64,000 nucleotides of DNA from an uncultured Candidatus Saccharibacteria bacterium (lineage in GTDB: Bacteria > Patescibacteriota > Minisyncoccia > Phycocordibacterales > UBA9973), in the NCBI GenBank assembly GCA_964573395.1, contig CAZNJI010000004.1, positions 27,379 to 91,378 of the forward strand, written 5' to 3'. Position numbers and translations under genes: made by a program. Position 1 is the stretch's first letter. Each line of letters starts with the position of its first letter. The notes beneath the pieces are model-generated. The model was not told the origin of the DNA. It was given only the letters and a program-made list of their open reading frames with translations, and searched no databases. Positions 1-10,220 of this stretch are shown in pieces.

Positions 1-1
1 A

Positions 2-175
2 GCGCGCGGCATGAACCAGGTGGTTAACGCCGTAGTGCCGCTTTCGGAAATGTTTGGATACATGACCAGCTTGCGTTCGATGACCGAAGGGCGCGCCGGG
101 TTCACGATGGAATTCCTCAGATACGACATAGTACCCCAGAACGTTGCCGATACGATTATCAAATCTCGAAGCTAG
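2..175 (+). CDS. fusA: Elongation factor G, C-terminal fragment (5' end lies outside the window)
   Basis: Frame-2 translation ...[44 protein letters not shown] matches the conserved EF-G C-terminus. Stop codon at 173-175. Confidence 0.8.
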   Translation, partial: ARGMNQVVNAVVPLSEMFGYMTSLRSMTEGRAGFTMEFLRYDIVPQNVADTIIKSRS

Positions 176-183
176 ATAGAGAA

Positions 184-213
184 ATGAAAAATCCCCTTTC
201 AAGGGGATTTTTT
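184..213 (+). terminator. Rho-independent terminator hairpin AAAATCCCC-TTTC-AAGGGGATTTTTT
   Basis: Perfect GC-rich stem plus T-run directly after the fusA stop. Confidence 0.7.
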
Positions 214-215
214 GA

Positions 216-247
216 TTGACAAATAGAAAAAACCAGGTTAGTATAAA
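216..247 (+). promoter_or_regulatory. Candidate sigma70-like promoter (TTGACA, 17 bp, TAGTAT)
   Basis: TTGACA at 216-221 and TAGTAT at 239-244, upstream of the ORF starting at 265. Confidence 0.3.
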
Positions 248-264
248 GAAAAATATAGTACATT

Positions 265-783
265 ATGCAATTACAAATGAAAAACACCGTACAACTGTGG
301 CCCGAAAGGCTATTTTTTAATCTCTCTCATCTCGCTTGTGATCAAGCATATCTAGAAAGAGTTGAGGTAGTTCCGTATCTCGTGCAAATGCTTCCAGTTG
401 CAATTGGCAAAGGCGATCAAAGAGGTGAAATGTGCATTGGTCTTCATACAGACTATTACACCACCACGTTCATTCTCTTTAACTCACCTTATCCGTATCG
501 TGAAAAACAGGCAAAGTCGCCCGTTATTCTAACAATAACCGGAGGGAGCGTAATAGGACCTCTTGATAATCAAGAGTATAAAAATTTGGTTTATTTTTCC
601 ACGGAAGCCCCGAAGCTGAAATTGAAGCCAGGAAGCTACTACTCAACAATGATTGCGCGGATATACCAAGAGTATGAAGCTCTGAGTCAAAGCATGAAGT
701 TAACTGAAACCAAGATTATTCCTATTGATCAGGTTCAAAAACTTCGGCCATTAGTTGGTGCAAATACGATTGGTGCGTATTAA
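265..783 (+). CDS. Hypothetical protein (172 aa)
   Basis: Clean ORF with its own terminator; no motif recognised. Confidence 0.5.
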   Translation: MQLQMKNTVQLWPERLFFNLSHLACDQAYLERVEVVPYLVQMLPVAIGKGDQRGEMCIGLHTDYYTTTFILFNSPYPYREKQAKSPVILTITGGSVIGPLDNQEYKNLVYFSTEAPKLKLKPGSYYSTMIARIYQEYEALSQSMKLTETKIIPIDQVQKLRPLVGANTIGAY

Positions 784-793
784 AAAGCAATAA

Positions 794-820
794 AAGGAGG
801 CAGCTGCCTCCTTTTTTATT
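794..820 (+). terminator. Rho-independent terminator (GGAGGCAG/CTGCCTCC + T-run)
   Basis: Perfect 8-bp stem followed by TTTTTTATT. Confidence 0.65.
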
Positions 821-865
821 TACGGATTAGGCAATTTCGTGTACGCTCAGGTAAAATCGTTACTT

Positions 866-1543
866 ATGAATAAAAAAGCAGCTCTCGTTATTGGAGGAAC
901 CGGCGACATTGGCGGAGGATTTGCGCAACTGTTCTCAGATCTCGGTTGGAAGGTATATGCTCCGGTTCGCGACCCTGCTTCACCAAAGGCAGTTACCCTA
1001 CAAGCGCTTCCTGGGGTGTACGTTTCTGGGTGCAATGTAGAACACGCTGAAGAAACCGAGCACTATATTCGGCAGCTCCATCTAACCGAATCAAGTATTG
1101 ATGCAGTGATTCTGGCGGCCGGAACGCATAAATTCGATACTGATTTTCCTCGCTCAACGGAAGAAGAGATGGTGGCAGCCGCTACCGATGCGCTGATGAA
1201 GGCAAACTTTAATACAAAGCGAAACGTTGTTGAGGCGCTTGAAAGGGCGTATGGTCCGGAGTTAAAGAAAACAGTATGCGTTGTCATCAGCTCGCACATT
1301 GTTGATAAGGACTTTCCAAACCAGACAGGGTACCGAACTGCCATGACGCGTGTTTTCAACTACGGAGAAGAAGTAGCTCCGCTCTTTCTGAAAATGATTA
1401 CGAAGAAAACCGAAGTGGTAGATACTGAAGCGAATCGAAGGAATTTAACGAAAGAGAAGATTGGAACCGAGCCTGATTGGAGCACCGTGCCAAAGCCGCT
1501 TGAATATGCACGCACCGTTCTCTCTGAAACCGGCCTGGTATAG
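866..1543 (+). CDS. NAD(P)-binding short-chain dehydrogenase/reductase-like protein
   Basis: N-terminal KAALVIGGTGDIGGG is a Rossmann GxxGxxG motif. ATG at 866 preferred over the GTG at 839 given in the ORF track. Confidence 0.55.
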   Translation: MNKKAALVIGGTGDIGGGFAQLFSDLGWKVYAPVRDPASPKAVTLQALPGVYVSGCNVEHAEETEHYIRQLHLTESSIDAVILAAGTHKFDTDFPRSTEEEMVAAATDALMKANFNTKRNVVEALERAYGPELKKTVCVVISSHIVDKDFPNQTGYRTAMTRVFNYGEEVAPLFLKMITKKTEVVDTEANRRNLTKEKIGTEPDWSTVPKPLEYARTVLSETGLV

Positions 1544-1601
1544 GCTGGTTTTTTATGTACAAAATTTACATTTATGGTATTTTTATAAAAAAGTACCAAC
1601 C

Positions 1602-2177
1602 ATGACTATACCTCTTACACCCCAACCGCTGGTTTCCGGCTGCTTTGTATGGCAGCCAATCTCATTACTTGTTGCTGAACTGCGAAAGAACACTGCCTGC
1701 TTTCTTCAAAACTGGCTGGAAAACTATGTTACGTATCGTTATTCCAGTTTAATTTTTTTTCGGCAGAAAAGTGAGAAACTTATTCCTCAGGCTGTTTCAG
1801 CCTCAGGTGAACTGGTTGACCCGATGTTTCCGAACTATATTGAACAATCAGATATAGAGCCGGCTGACACTAAAATCAATTTCACTTTTCCGGAATGGGT
1901 TAAGAAAGCGCTCAACGAACAGCTCGAGAAAAGCCCTGCAGCTCTGCTGGTGGTTCTTGAGAAGGGAAATTTGTTAGTCGAAACGGAAGACTTCGTGTAT
2001 TCTGCGTATGCAGTAAAGGTAAAAGGTCATTCGGGTATTATCGATAGAACCAAGATGAAAAAGGTTAAACCCAGAATGACAATGCCTTCGGTGTATTGCC
2101 GGAAGAAAAACAGAATTTATTACGAACCTATCAATTTCACTAAAGGCTTCTTTGCAGAGGAATCGATTCTTTCATAA
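1602..2177 (+). CDS. Hypothetical protein (ATG 1602 chosen, in frame with ORF 1461..2177)
   Basis: The ORF-track start overlaps the upstream gene, so ATG 1602 (MTIPLTPQPL...) is more likely. Followed by a terminator. Confidence 0.4.
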   Translation: MTIPLTPQPLVSGCFVWQPISLLVAELRKNTACFLQNWLENYVTYRYSSLIFFRQKSEKLIPQAVSASGELVDPMFPNYIEQSDIEPADTKINFTFPEWVKKALNEQLEKSPAALLVVLEKGNLLVETEDFVYSAYAVKVKGHSGIIDRTKMKKVKPRMTMPSVYCRKKNRIYYEPINFTKGFFAEESILS

Positions 2178-2193
2178 GGTACCAGCCGTTTAA

Positions 2194-2217
2194 AAACCCG
2201 CCACCAGGCGGGTTTTT
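2194..2217 (+). terminator. Rho-independent terminator (AAACCCGCC-ACCA-GGCGGGTTTTT)
   Basis: Stem-loop plus T-run. Confidence 0.7.
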
Positions 2218-2334
2218 CTACTATAGTTTATTGACAAACCGGGGGTATTTGCTACGATGGGTAGCAATCGCAGTTTTTGCGTTGTTTTTATTTGCGAAAC
2301 TTTATTATTGTTTAATTAATCTTCATTAAATTTT

Positions 2335-3525
<1,191 letters not shown>

Positions 3526-3550
3526 TACATCACTTGCTCTTTAGAAAAAA

Positions 3551-3931
3551 ATGACTGCTGCAACGAAAACAACCAAAGAACCAAAAGCAAAAACTACTAA
3601 GAAAGCTGCTTCAAAATCAGATGTTCCAAGTATCCTTCGCATCCGCGTACGCGCATACGAGAATAAGATTCTTGATGCCAGCACGAAGCAGATTATCGAT
3701 ACCGCACTTCGCTACGATGCAGTGGTGCGCGGACCGATTCCGCTTCCAACTGAAATCAAAAAGTACACTGTGAATCGCTCATCATTCGTGTATAAAAATT
3801 CACGAGAGCAGTTCGAGATGCGGGTACACAAACGTTTGATCGACATTGAAAATCCATCACCGAAGGTGATTGAAGCACTCACTAATCTCTCAATGCCATC
3901 TGGTGTTGATATTGATGTGAAGATGATGTAA
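3551..3931 (+). CDS. rpsJ: 30S ribosomal protein S10 with a Lys/Thr-rich N-terminal extension
   Basis: ILRIRVRAYE...RGPIPLPT...FEMRVHKRLIDI is the S10 core. Confidence 0.9.
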   Translation: MTAATKTTKEPKAKTTKKAASKSDVPSILRIRVRAYENKILDASTKQIIDTALRYDAVVRGPIPLPTEIKKYTVNRSSFVYKNSREQFEMRVHKRLIDIENPSPKVIEALTNLSMPSGVDIDVKMM

Positions 3932-3940
3932 TCAAAACAA

Positions 3941-3970
3941 AAACTCCCCAAAAGGGGAGTTTTTGTTTTC
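3941..3970 (+). terminator. Rho-independent terminator (AAAAACTCCCC-AAAA-GGGGAGTTTTTGTTTT)
   Basis: Hairpin plus T-run after rpsJ. Confidence 0.7.
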
Positions 3971-4008
3971 CCCTTGTTTTTTGGAATAGTGCGCCATACA
4001 ATAGGGGC

Positions 4009-6744
4009 GTGAAAAACAATAGAGTGCTTATCTGGCTCATTGTTTTAGTAAGTATCGGCAGTTTTCTGCCTCCTCTCTTCACGACTCCCGCAAAGGCCGT
4101 TACCTATCTCACCGAAGGGTATCGGCTTGTCTGGTCTGCACCTCCGTTATGGGAAGAAGCGGAGATTATCATCCTTCCCGAATCAACAGCTTTTATACCG
4201 CCTGAATCTGTTACGGGGTTTTTGGATGTATTACCGAGCCACACCGGTTCGTACTCAGGAGAACTTTTCTCTGTTACAGGGGACAGTGCGCGGCAATTTC
4301 TCGGTACCACAAAAGACGATGATGGATTGACGCTTTCGGCTGGTAACTACGAATTAGATATCTATAAAAATAAGCCGGTCTTTCAGGTTCGCCGGGAAAC
4401 GGTACTAGAAAAATTTGCTGCATTACTTATGCCAAGAGCGTATGCGGGAGAAGTATTTGATGATGAATACTATATAGGCACCATCCGCTTTACTATTACC
4501 GACGAACCGGAACCTGCCTGCTGTTCTTCGGTGTTGTTTCTGCCAGGACTGATGGCGTCGCGATTGTATGAAGGAGGGGAAAAGCGGTGGGAACCAACCG
4601 GAGACACTGATATTGAAGAATTATATTTGGATGAACAGGGAAAGAGTTTAAATGAAATAACTGCTACGGAAATTTTGGAAAAATTCGATGGTCCTTTATT
4701 TTTGAACAAAGATATTTACAAATCATTTCTCATTGACCTTGATAGTTTAAAACAGAGCAACACAATCGCTGACTATCAGGCAGTTTCTTACGATTGGCGT
4801 CTTTCACTCTCAGACATTCTTGCAGATGGAAGTATTGAACAAACGCTTCGATCGCTTGCTTCGGAATCAAAATCGGGGAAGGTAACGATCGTTTCCCATT
4901 CAAATGGCGGGTTGCTCGCAAAAGCGCTTATGAACGAACTTGGCCCGGATGCGGCAGACTTGGTTGACCAGATGATTTTTGTTGGAGTCCCTCAGCTTGG
5001 AACGCCGCAGGCAGTTGGAGCATTACTGCATGGGTATGATACTGGTTTGCCAACCAACTTAATACCATTCCTGCTTTCTCCGGAGCGCGCTCGAGATTTT
5101 GCCAAGAACATGCCCGGCGTGTATCAGCTCTTGCCGCAGCCTGACTATTACGAAAATGATGGCGTTTCCATCTATTCTCCGATCATCAGTTTCGAGTCCG
5201 GTGCGGCAACCGAAGCTCTTATCAATGAATATGGAACAACGATTGATACCGGCGAAGAACTCCATAATTTTCTCGTTGGTGCCGAAGGAAGAACGGCCCC
5301 ATTATTTAATGATTTAAAAAATCCTGGCGTTGCAAACAGTACGCTCCTTGAAAATACGAAGTTGCTCGCAGAAGCCGTTGGCTCATCGTGGGAGCCGCCG
5401 GAAGGGGTTGCGGTGCACGAAATTGCCGGCATCGGAGAACCAACGCTCTCTGGCATCACTTACAAAACCGTTCAAAAATGTACTCAGGTAATTCCGATTC
5501 CGCTTTCTGTTTTTCCCGGCTGTGCACAGTATGAGCCAACACTTTCATACGTGCCGAATGAGACCATTGACGGAGATGATACCGTAGTAGTGCCAAGCGC
5601 ACTTTTGATGGAAGAGAGCGGACAGATAAATCGGTGGTGGGTTGATTTAGCTGAACATAATCAATTTTTTAACTTTAAGAAAAATCGAGACCACGCAGAT
5701 CTCCTTGAGATTGATAATCTTCGATCTTTTATACTTGAAAATCTCATTACTAATTCATCTACAATACCTCCTGAGTTTATAGCCAACGAGAAGCCAATTA
5801 TTAGTAAAGGAAAACATCTATCTTTTATACTTCATTCACCGCTTTCTCTTTCTGCGGTTGATAAAAACGGCAATCGTACAGGCGAAGAATTCGATGATAT
5901 CCCTGGTGCTTCGTACAAAAGATATGGCGAGGTACAAGTGCTCCATGTCCCTGCCGATGTCGAGCCAACAATTAATTTAAATGGTATTTCTGATGGATCA
6001 TTCACGCTTGAAATCAAAGAGCTTGATAACGAAGAAATTGTTGCTGTTACTACGTTTTCTGGCATCCCATCCGTTGCGGATACTAAAGCAACAATTTCGT
6101 TTGCCGATGGTACGATTGAAAATGCTGGTGATCTTACGATCGACTATAACGGCGACGGTTCAACCGATATTGCACTCTCACCCGAGCCGGGCGAAGTCGT
6201 TACCCTCCCTGAAGCTTCCCTTGATGCAACGGCACCGGAAGCACGCATCGAGTTTTCAACTACGCTGAACAAAATTGCCATTACCGGATTCGATGAAAGC
6301 TCGGAAACGACGGACGCAACGGCTAAAAATAAAACTACCATTACTGATGCGGCAGGGAATAGTCTTGCGCTTACCCATGCAATCAAAGGGTCAAAAGCAA
6401 CTGCAATCGCAGAAATAAAACAGCTTGCCTACAATACCGCTGATACTATTTTTGCTCCCAAAACAGTGGTACGGTACCATTTCCTTAAACTGCCGAGATT
6501 GGGGCGTTATGCAGCATTTGTTGCCCACATTCGTACGCCTCATGAAAATTTGCTGGCACTCTATCATCCGGCTAAAGACAAGACCATGCTGATAACCATT
6601 CCGAAGCAGCAGGCCGAACCTGACCTTACAAGCATCGCCCTCCTGCAAAAGCCGCCAAAAGGGTCGGCGGTAAAGCAGACGCTTAATGGTTTGGTGATTC
6701 CATTCGTGGAAACGAAACAAGGAAAAATGATTATTAAGTATTAA
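4009..6744 (+). CDS. Secreted alpha/beta-hydrolase, lipase-like (911 aa)
   Basis: GTG start and a signal peptide MKNNRVLIWLIVLVSIGSFLPPLFTTPAKA. Nucleophile elbow VTIVSHSNGGLLA is a GxSxG motif of lipase/LCAT/PGAP1 type. The long C-terminal region has no recognised motif. Confidence 0.55.
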   Translation: MKNNRVLIWLIVLVSIGSFLPPLFTTPAKAVTYLTEGYRLVWSAPPLWEEAEIIILPESTAFIPPESVTGFLDVLPSHTGSYSGELFSVTGDSARQFLGTTKDDDGLTLSAGNYELDIYKNKPVFQVRRETVLEKFAALLMPRAYAGEVFDDEYYIGTIRFTITDEPEPACCSSVLFLPGLMASRLYEGGEKRWEPTGDTDIEELYLDEQGKSLNEITATEILEKFDGPLFLNKDIYKSFLIDLDSLKQSNTIADYQAVSYDWRLSLSDILADGSIEQTLRSLASESKSGKVTIVSHSNGGLLAKALMNELGPDAADLVDQMIFVGVPQLGTPQAVGALLHGYDTGLPTNLIPFLLSPERARDFAKNMPGVYQLLPQPDYYENDGVSIYSPIISFESGAATEALINEYGTTIDTGEELHNFLVGAEGRTAPLFNDLKNPGVANSTLLENTKLLAEAVGSSWEPPEGVAVHEIAGIGEPTLSGITYKTVQKCTQVIPIPLSVFPGCAQYEPTLSYVPNETIDGDDTVVVPSALLMEESGQINRWWVDLAEHNQFFNFKKNRDHADLLEIDNLRSFILENLITNSSTIPPEFIANEKPIISKGKHLSFILHSPLSLSAVDKNGNRTGEEFDDIPGASYKRYGEVQVLHVPADVEPTINLNGISDGSFTLEIKELDNEEIVAVTTFSGIPSVADTKATISFADGTIENAGDLTIDYNGDGSTDIALSPEPGEVVTLPEASLDATAPEARIEFSTTLNKIAITGFDESSETTDATAKNKTTITDAAGNSLALTHAIKGSKATAIAEIKQLAYNTADTIFAPKTVVRYHFLKLPRLGRYAAFVAHIRTPHENLLALYHPAKDKTMLITIPKQQAEPDLTSIALLQKPPKGSAVKQTLNGLVIPFVETKQGKMIIKY

Positions 6745-6754
6745 AATAAAAGGT

Positions 6755-7186
6755 ATGGAATTTTTGAAAAGAAAAAATGTTTTTATTACTTCTTTAATTT
6801 TGGTTGCACTATTTGTGTTGCTTGGTCTTATAATGAGATCTAGTCAGTGTAAACTAGATTCGGTATGTAGTTCTTTATATTGGAGTGAATTTTGGAGCGA
6901 AAAACTTCCAACTATTCTATTTGTTTTAATAATCTCAATTTTTCCTTTCTCTACCCTTACTCTTTTTGCTCCAAATAATGCCTTTGATCGCTGGAAACGA
7001 TTTGCAGTATGGGCAGTTCCTATTCTGGCCTTGCTTACATTACCTATCATAAAAGCGCTTTCTGGTGATTGGCTTGATGTTGCAACTCCAACTCTTGTCT
7101 TTCTCTACGGCATTTATTTTATTATTTCTCTTGCCATTATCATCCGCGCATGGAGAAAGGAACGAAAGCTAAAAAATAATCCTTAG
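6755..7186 (+). CDS. Hypothetical polytopic membrane protein (143 aa)
   Basis: Three to four hydrophobic helices and a good RBS (AAAAGG). Confidence 0.5.
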   Translation: MEFLKRKNVFITSLILVALFVLLGLIMRSSQCKLDSVCSSLYWSEFWSEKLPTILFVLIISIFPFSTLTLFAPNNAFDRWKRFAVWAVPILALLTLPIIKALSGDWLDVATPTLVFLYGIYFIISLAIIIRAWRKERKLKNNP

Positions 7187-7200
7187 ATGGTAGTTGGATC

Positions 7201-7226
7201 AAAAATCCCCGAAAGGGGATTTTTTG
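7201..7226 (+). terminator. Rho-independent terminator (AAAAATCCCC-GAAA-GGGGATTTTTT), near-identical to the hairpin at 184-213
   Basis: Hairpin plus T-run, followed directly by TTGACA at 7228-7233. Confidence 0.7.
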
Positions 7227-7290
7227 CTTGACAACAATATAAAAGTCAGTAAAGTCTCTGAGAACAATTTTCTTAACCAAATTTAAACCC

Positions 7291-7467
7291 ATGGTTCGTT
7301 GGACGCTTATTTTCCTTATTATTGCCATTATTTCGGCAATATTCGGATTCGGCGGTATTGCAGCAGGAGCTGCAGGAATCGCCAAAGTTCTATTTTTCAT
7401 ATTCCTGGTTCTGTTCATACTCTCGCTCTTCGTCGGGGGCAGATCATCGCCGGATTATGAGGAATGA
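7291..7467 (+). CDS. DUF1328 (UPF0391/YtjA-like) small membrane protein, 58 aa; absent from the ORF track because it is under 60 aa
   Basis: Translation [58 protein letters not shown] matches the DUF1328 signature. Confidence 0.6.
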   Translation: MVRWTLIFLIIAIISAIFGFGGIAAGAAGIAKVLFFIFLVLFILSLFVGGRSSPDYEE

Positions 7468-7522
7468 CCTCCAGATTATTGTCGCCAATTCTTGCATGAG
7501 AATTGGCTTTTTCTGTTAAAAC

Positions 7523-7550
7523 TTGCGCGCTTTTAAAACCCGTGTATAAT
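7523..7550 (+). promoter_or_regulatory. Candidate promoter for the rplC segment (TTGCGC, 16 bp, TATAAT)
   Basis: -35-like 7523-7528 and perfect TATAAT at 7545-7550. Confidence 0.4.
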
Positions 7551-7559
7551 CCTCCTACC

Positions 7560-7600
7560 AACCCGGTAGTAGATCTTATTGGCATAAGCTCACTACCGGG
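7560..7600 (+). promoter_or_regulatory. 5' leader stem-loop upstream of rplC (CCCGGTAGT ... ACTACCGGG)
   Basis: 9-bp perfect inverted repeat in the predicted 5' UTR. It shares the motif CCCGGTAGTAG with the rpsS leader. Confidence 0.4.
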
Positions 7601-7670
7601 CAGTTAAATACTCTTTAAATGGTCCAATACCCAGCCGTAATTTCAAATTTACAGCTCGGCAAGAACATTC

Positions 7671-8273
7671 ATGAAATTCATTGTAGGAACAAAATCACAT
7701 ATGACCCAGCTGTTCAACGATAACGGAACGGTTATTCCAGTTACCGTGGTAAAAGCGGGTCCAATTACCGTTACCAAGGTAAAAACGGCCGATTCAGACG
7801 GCTACAGCGCCGTGCAGGTTGGTTTCGGAGACCAGAAAGAGTCTCGATCGAACAAGCCTACCCTTGGTTCTTTGGGCGGCAAGGCATACCAATTAGTGCA
7901 AGAATTCCGGGTGGATAATCCAACCGTTGCGGCAGGAGATACCATTGATGCGTCTGTTTTCTCTGAAGGAGACACCGTAACCGTTACTGGCACCTCAAAA
8001 TCAAAAGGGTTCCAGGGGGTAGTGAAGCGCCATGGGTTTGCTGGCGGTCCGCGCACGCACGGCCAGAAACACTCAGAGCGAGAACCAGGATCCATCGGCG
8101 GCGGACTTCGAACGCGCGTGCCAAAAGGAATGCGCATGGCAGGCCGCACTGGCGGGGATACGATAACGGTAAAACACCTTTCAATTGTTGCGGTTGATGC
8201 CGAAAAAGGAGAGCTCTACATTAAGGGGGCAGTGCCTGGTCGACGAGGAACATTTGTTAGCATTGTCGGATAA
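7671..8273 (+). CDS. rplC: 50S ribosomal protein L3
   Basis: MKFIVGTKSHMTQLFNDNGTVIPVTVV... is a typical L3 N-terminus. Confidence 0.95.
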   Translation: MKFIVGTKSHMTQLFNDNGTVIPVTVVKAGPITVTKVKTADSDGYSAVQVGFGDQKESRSNKPTLGSLGGKAYQLVQEFRVDNPTVAAGDTIDASVFSEGDTVTVTGTSKSKGFQGVVKRHGFAGGPRTHGQKHSEREPGSIGGGLRTRVPKGMRMAGRTGGDTITVKHLSIVAVDAEKGELYIKGAVPGRRGTFVSIVG

Positions 8274-8278
8274 ACTAT

Positions 8279-8989
8279 ATGGCTACAGCAAAAACTACAA
8301 CTAAAAAAGAGGCAGCAAAAGAGCAGAAAAATCTTGAAGCAGTGCTCTATACCCAAGTGGGAAAAGAATCAGGCTCTATTACGCTTCCTGAATCAGTATT
8401 CGGTTTGAAATGGAATGCTGACTTGGTGCACCAAGTTGCAACCAGCATGATGGCAAATGCTCGCGCAGGAACGGCGCACACCAAAGACAGAAGCGATGTT
8501 TCTGGCGGCGGCAAAAAGCCATGGAAACAGAAGGGAACCGGCCGCGCTCGCCACGGCTCGACGCGCAGCCCAATTTGGGTTGGCGGAGGAGTAACGTTCG
8601 GCCCTCGATCCGATAAGGATTACTCGAAGAAAATCAACAAGAAGATGCGCGCAAAAGCACTCTTCACCGTACTGTCGAAGAAATTCAATAATAGCGAATT
8701 GCTGTTTGTCGACAAGCTCTCTCTTGATGCGGTAAAAACAAAAGAAGCGCAACAGGTACTTGAGAACCTTGCAAAGATCAAAGGATTTGAAAAATTGAAC
8801 ACCAAAAAGAAAACCGGATCATTCGTAGTGCTTCCGGAAAAGAATGAAGCCGTCGAGAAATCATTTAGAAACATTCCAGGCGTTACTGTGGGAACGGTGC
8901 AAGACTTAAATGTTGTTTCAGCGCTTCATTTCAAATCGCTCGTTTTTGTCGGAAACGCAGCAGGCGCGCTTGAAGCAAAGCTAAAGTAA
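8279..8989 (+). CDS. rplD: 50S ribosomal protein L4
   Basis: KPWKQKGTGRARHGSTRSPIWVGGGVTFGPR motif. Confidence 0.95.
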   Translation: MATAKTTTKKEAAKEQKNLEAVLYTQVGKESGSITLPESVFGLKWNADLVHQVATSMMANARAGTAHTKDRSDVSGGGKKPWKQKGTGRARHGSTRSPIWVGGGVTFGPRSDKDYSKKINKKMRAKALFTVLSKKFNNSELLFVDKLSLDAVKTKEAQQVLENLAKIKGFEKLNTKKKTGSFVVLPEKNEAVEKSFRNIPGVTVGTVQDLNVVSALHFKSLVFVGNAAGALEAKLK

Positions 8990-9003
8990 CCGAGTAAGAT
9001 TGT

Positions 9004-9315
9004 ATGGCACGAACGAAAACAACAGAATCAAAGCAGGTAACCGCGCAGCATGGCATTTTGAAGCACCCGCGCATTACCGAAAAAGCGGCAACCGTTACGT
9101 CGTTTAACGTTTATGTATTCGACATCCTTCCTACCGTTACCAAAAGCGAAGTGGCGAAAGCGTTTTTCGCACAGTACGACATTAAGCCGGTAAAGGTGAA
9201 TGTGGTAAATAATAAGCAGAAAGCTGTGTATCGCCGCGGAGTCCTTGGATTTAAAGCTGGCATTAAAAAAGCATATGTCTATCTGCCGAAAGGAAAGACA
9301 ATTGATATCGTATAA
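9004..9315 (+). CDS. rplW: 50S ribosomal protein L23
   Basis: PRITEKA...FDI... L23 fold; operon position. Confidence 0.9.
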   Translation: MARTKTTESKQVTAQHGILKHPRITEKAATVTSFNVYVFDILPTVTKSEVAKAFFAQYDIKPVKVNVVNNKQKAVYRRGVLGFKAGIKKAYVYLPKGKTIDIV

Positions 9316-9323
9316 AACCAAGT

Positions 9324-10175
9324 ATGAAAAAGCATAAACCAACAACTCAATCTCGCCGCGCAACCATTACGCTTGAATATCGCAAGCTGCTTTCTCGCAC
9401 CACGCCGGAGAAGAAACTCACCAAAGGGGTAAAGCGCTCAGTTGGCCGAAACAACCAGGGCCGCATTACGACGCGGCACAAGGGAGGCGGAAACAAGCGC
9501 CTGTACCGTGCGGTAGATTTTGTATACGACAAGAAAAATATTCCGGCAAAGCTTTCTTCCATTGAGTACGATCCAAATCGCAGCGCATTCATCGGCGTAG
9601 CGGTATACCAAGACGGAGAAAAGCGCTATACAATCGTGCCAAAGTCGATGAAAGTTGGAGACAAATTCCAAGTGTCTGAAACAGCGCCAATTGCCCCAGG
9701 AAACCGTTTGCCGCTAAAGAACATTCCGGTTGGTACGTTTATTTTTAACATTGAACTGAAGCCAGGAAGCGGTGCAAAAATGGTTCGCTCTGCAGGAACC
9801 TTCGCGCAACTCGTAGCGCTCTCTGACGGCTACGCGCAGCTCAAGATGCCATCAACTGAAATTCGAAAAGTGATGGATGATTGTTGGGCAACTGTAGGTG
9901 AAGTGTCAAACGATGAGCACAAGCTCGTTTCCTACGGAAAAGCAGGGCGCTCTCGATGGAAGGGAATTCGCCCAACAGTGCGCGGTACTGCCATGAACCC
10001 GGTTGATCACCCATACGGTGGAGGTGAAGGACGACAGGGGCGCGGTACGAAGCGACCAAAGACCATGTGGGGTAAGATTACCGGCGGCCGCAAGACCCGC
10101 ACGCCGAAGAAATACTCGAACGACCTTATCGTCTCTCGACGCCGAGTCGGCAAGAATCGAAAGTCTGCAAGTTAG
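9324..10175 (+). CDS. rplB: 50S ribosomal protein L2
   Basis: GRNNQGRITTRHKGGG...GTAMNPVDHPYGGGEG motifs. Confidence 0.97.
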   Translation: MKKHKPTTQSRRATITLEYRKLLSRTTPEKKLTKGVKRSVGRNNQGRITTRHKGGGNKRLYRAVDFVYDKKNIPAKLSSIEYDPNRSAFIGVAVYQDGEKRYTIVPKSMKVGDKFQVSETAPIAPGNRLPLKNIPVGTFIFNIELKPGSGAKMVRSAGTFAQLVALSDGYAQLKMPSTEIRKVMDDCWATVGEVSNDEHKLVSYGKAGRSRWKGIRPTVRGTAMNPVDHPYGGGEGRQGRGTKRPKTMWGKITGGRKTRTPKKYSNDLIVSRRRVGKNRKSAS

Positions 10176-10182
10176 TTTTCAA

Positions 10183-10210
10183 AAACTCCCGTACGGGGAG
10201 TTTTTGCTAT
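10183..10210 (+). terminator. Rho-independent terminator (AAAAACTCCC-GTAC-GGGGAGTTTTTGC)
   Basis: Hairpin plus T-run after rplB. Confidence 0.7.
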
Positions 10211-10220
10211 ACTTTCCACC

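Noticed and set aside
839-1543. GTG start at 839 for the SDR-like gene
   Set aside because: The ATG at 866 begins MNKKAALVIGGTGDIGG with proper spacing to the Rossmann motif and avoids reading through the upstream terminator at 794-820.
7140-7418. 92-aa minus-strand ORF
   Set aside because: Overlaps the terminator at 7201-7226 and the DUF1328 gene (7291-7467, plus strand), which has a clear family signature.
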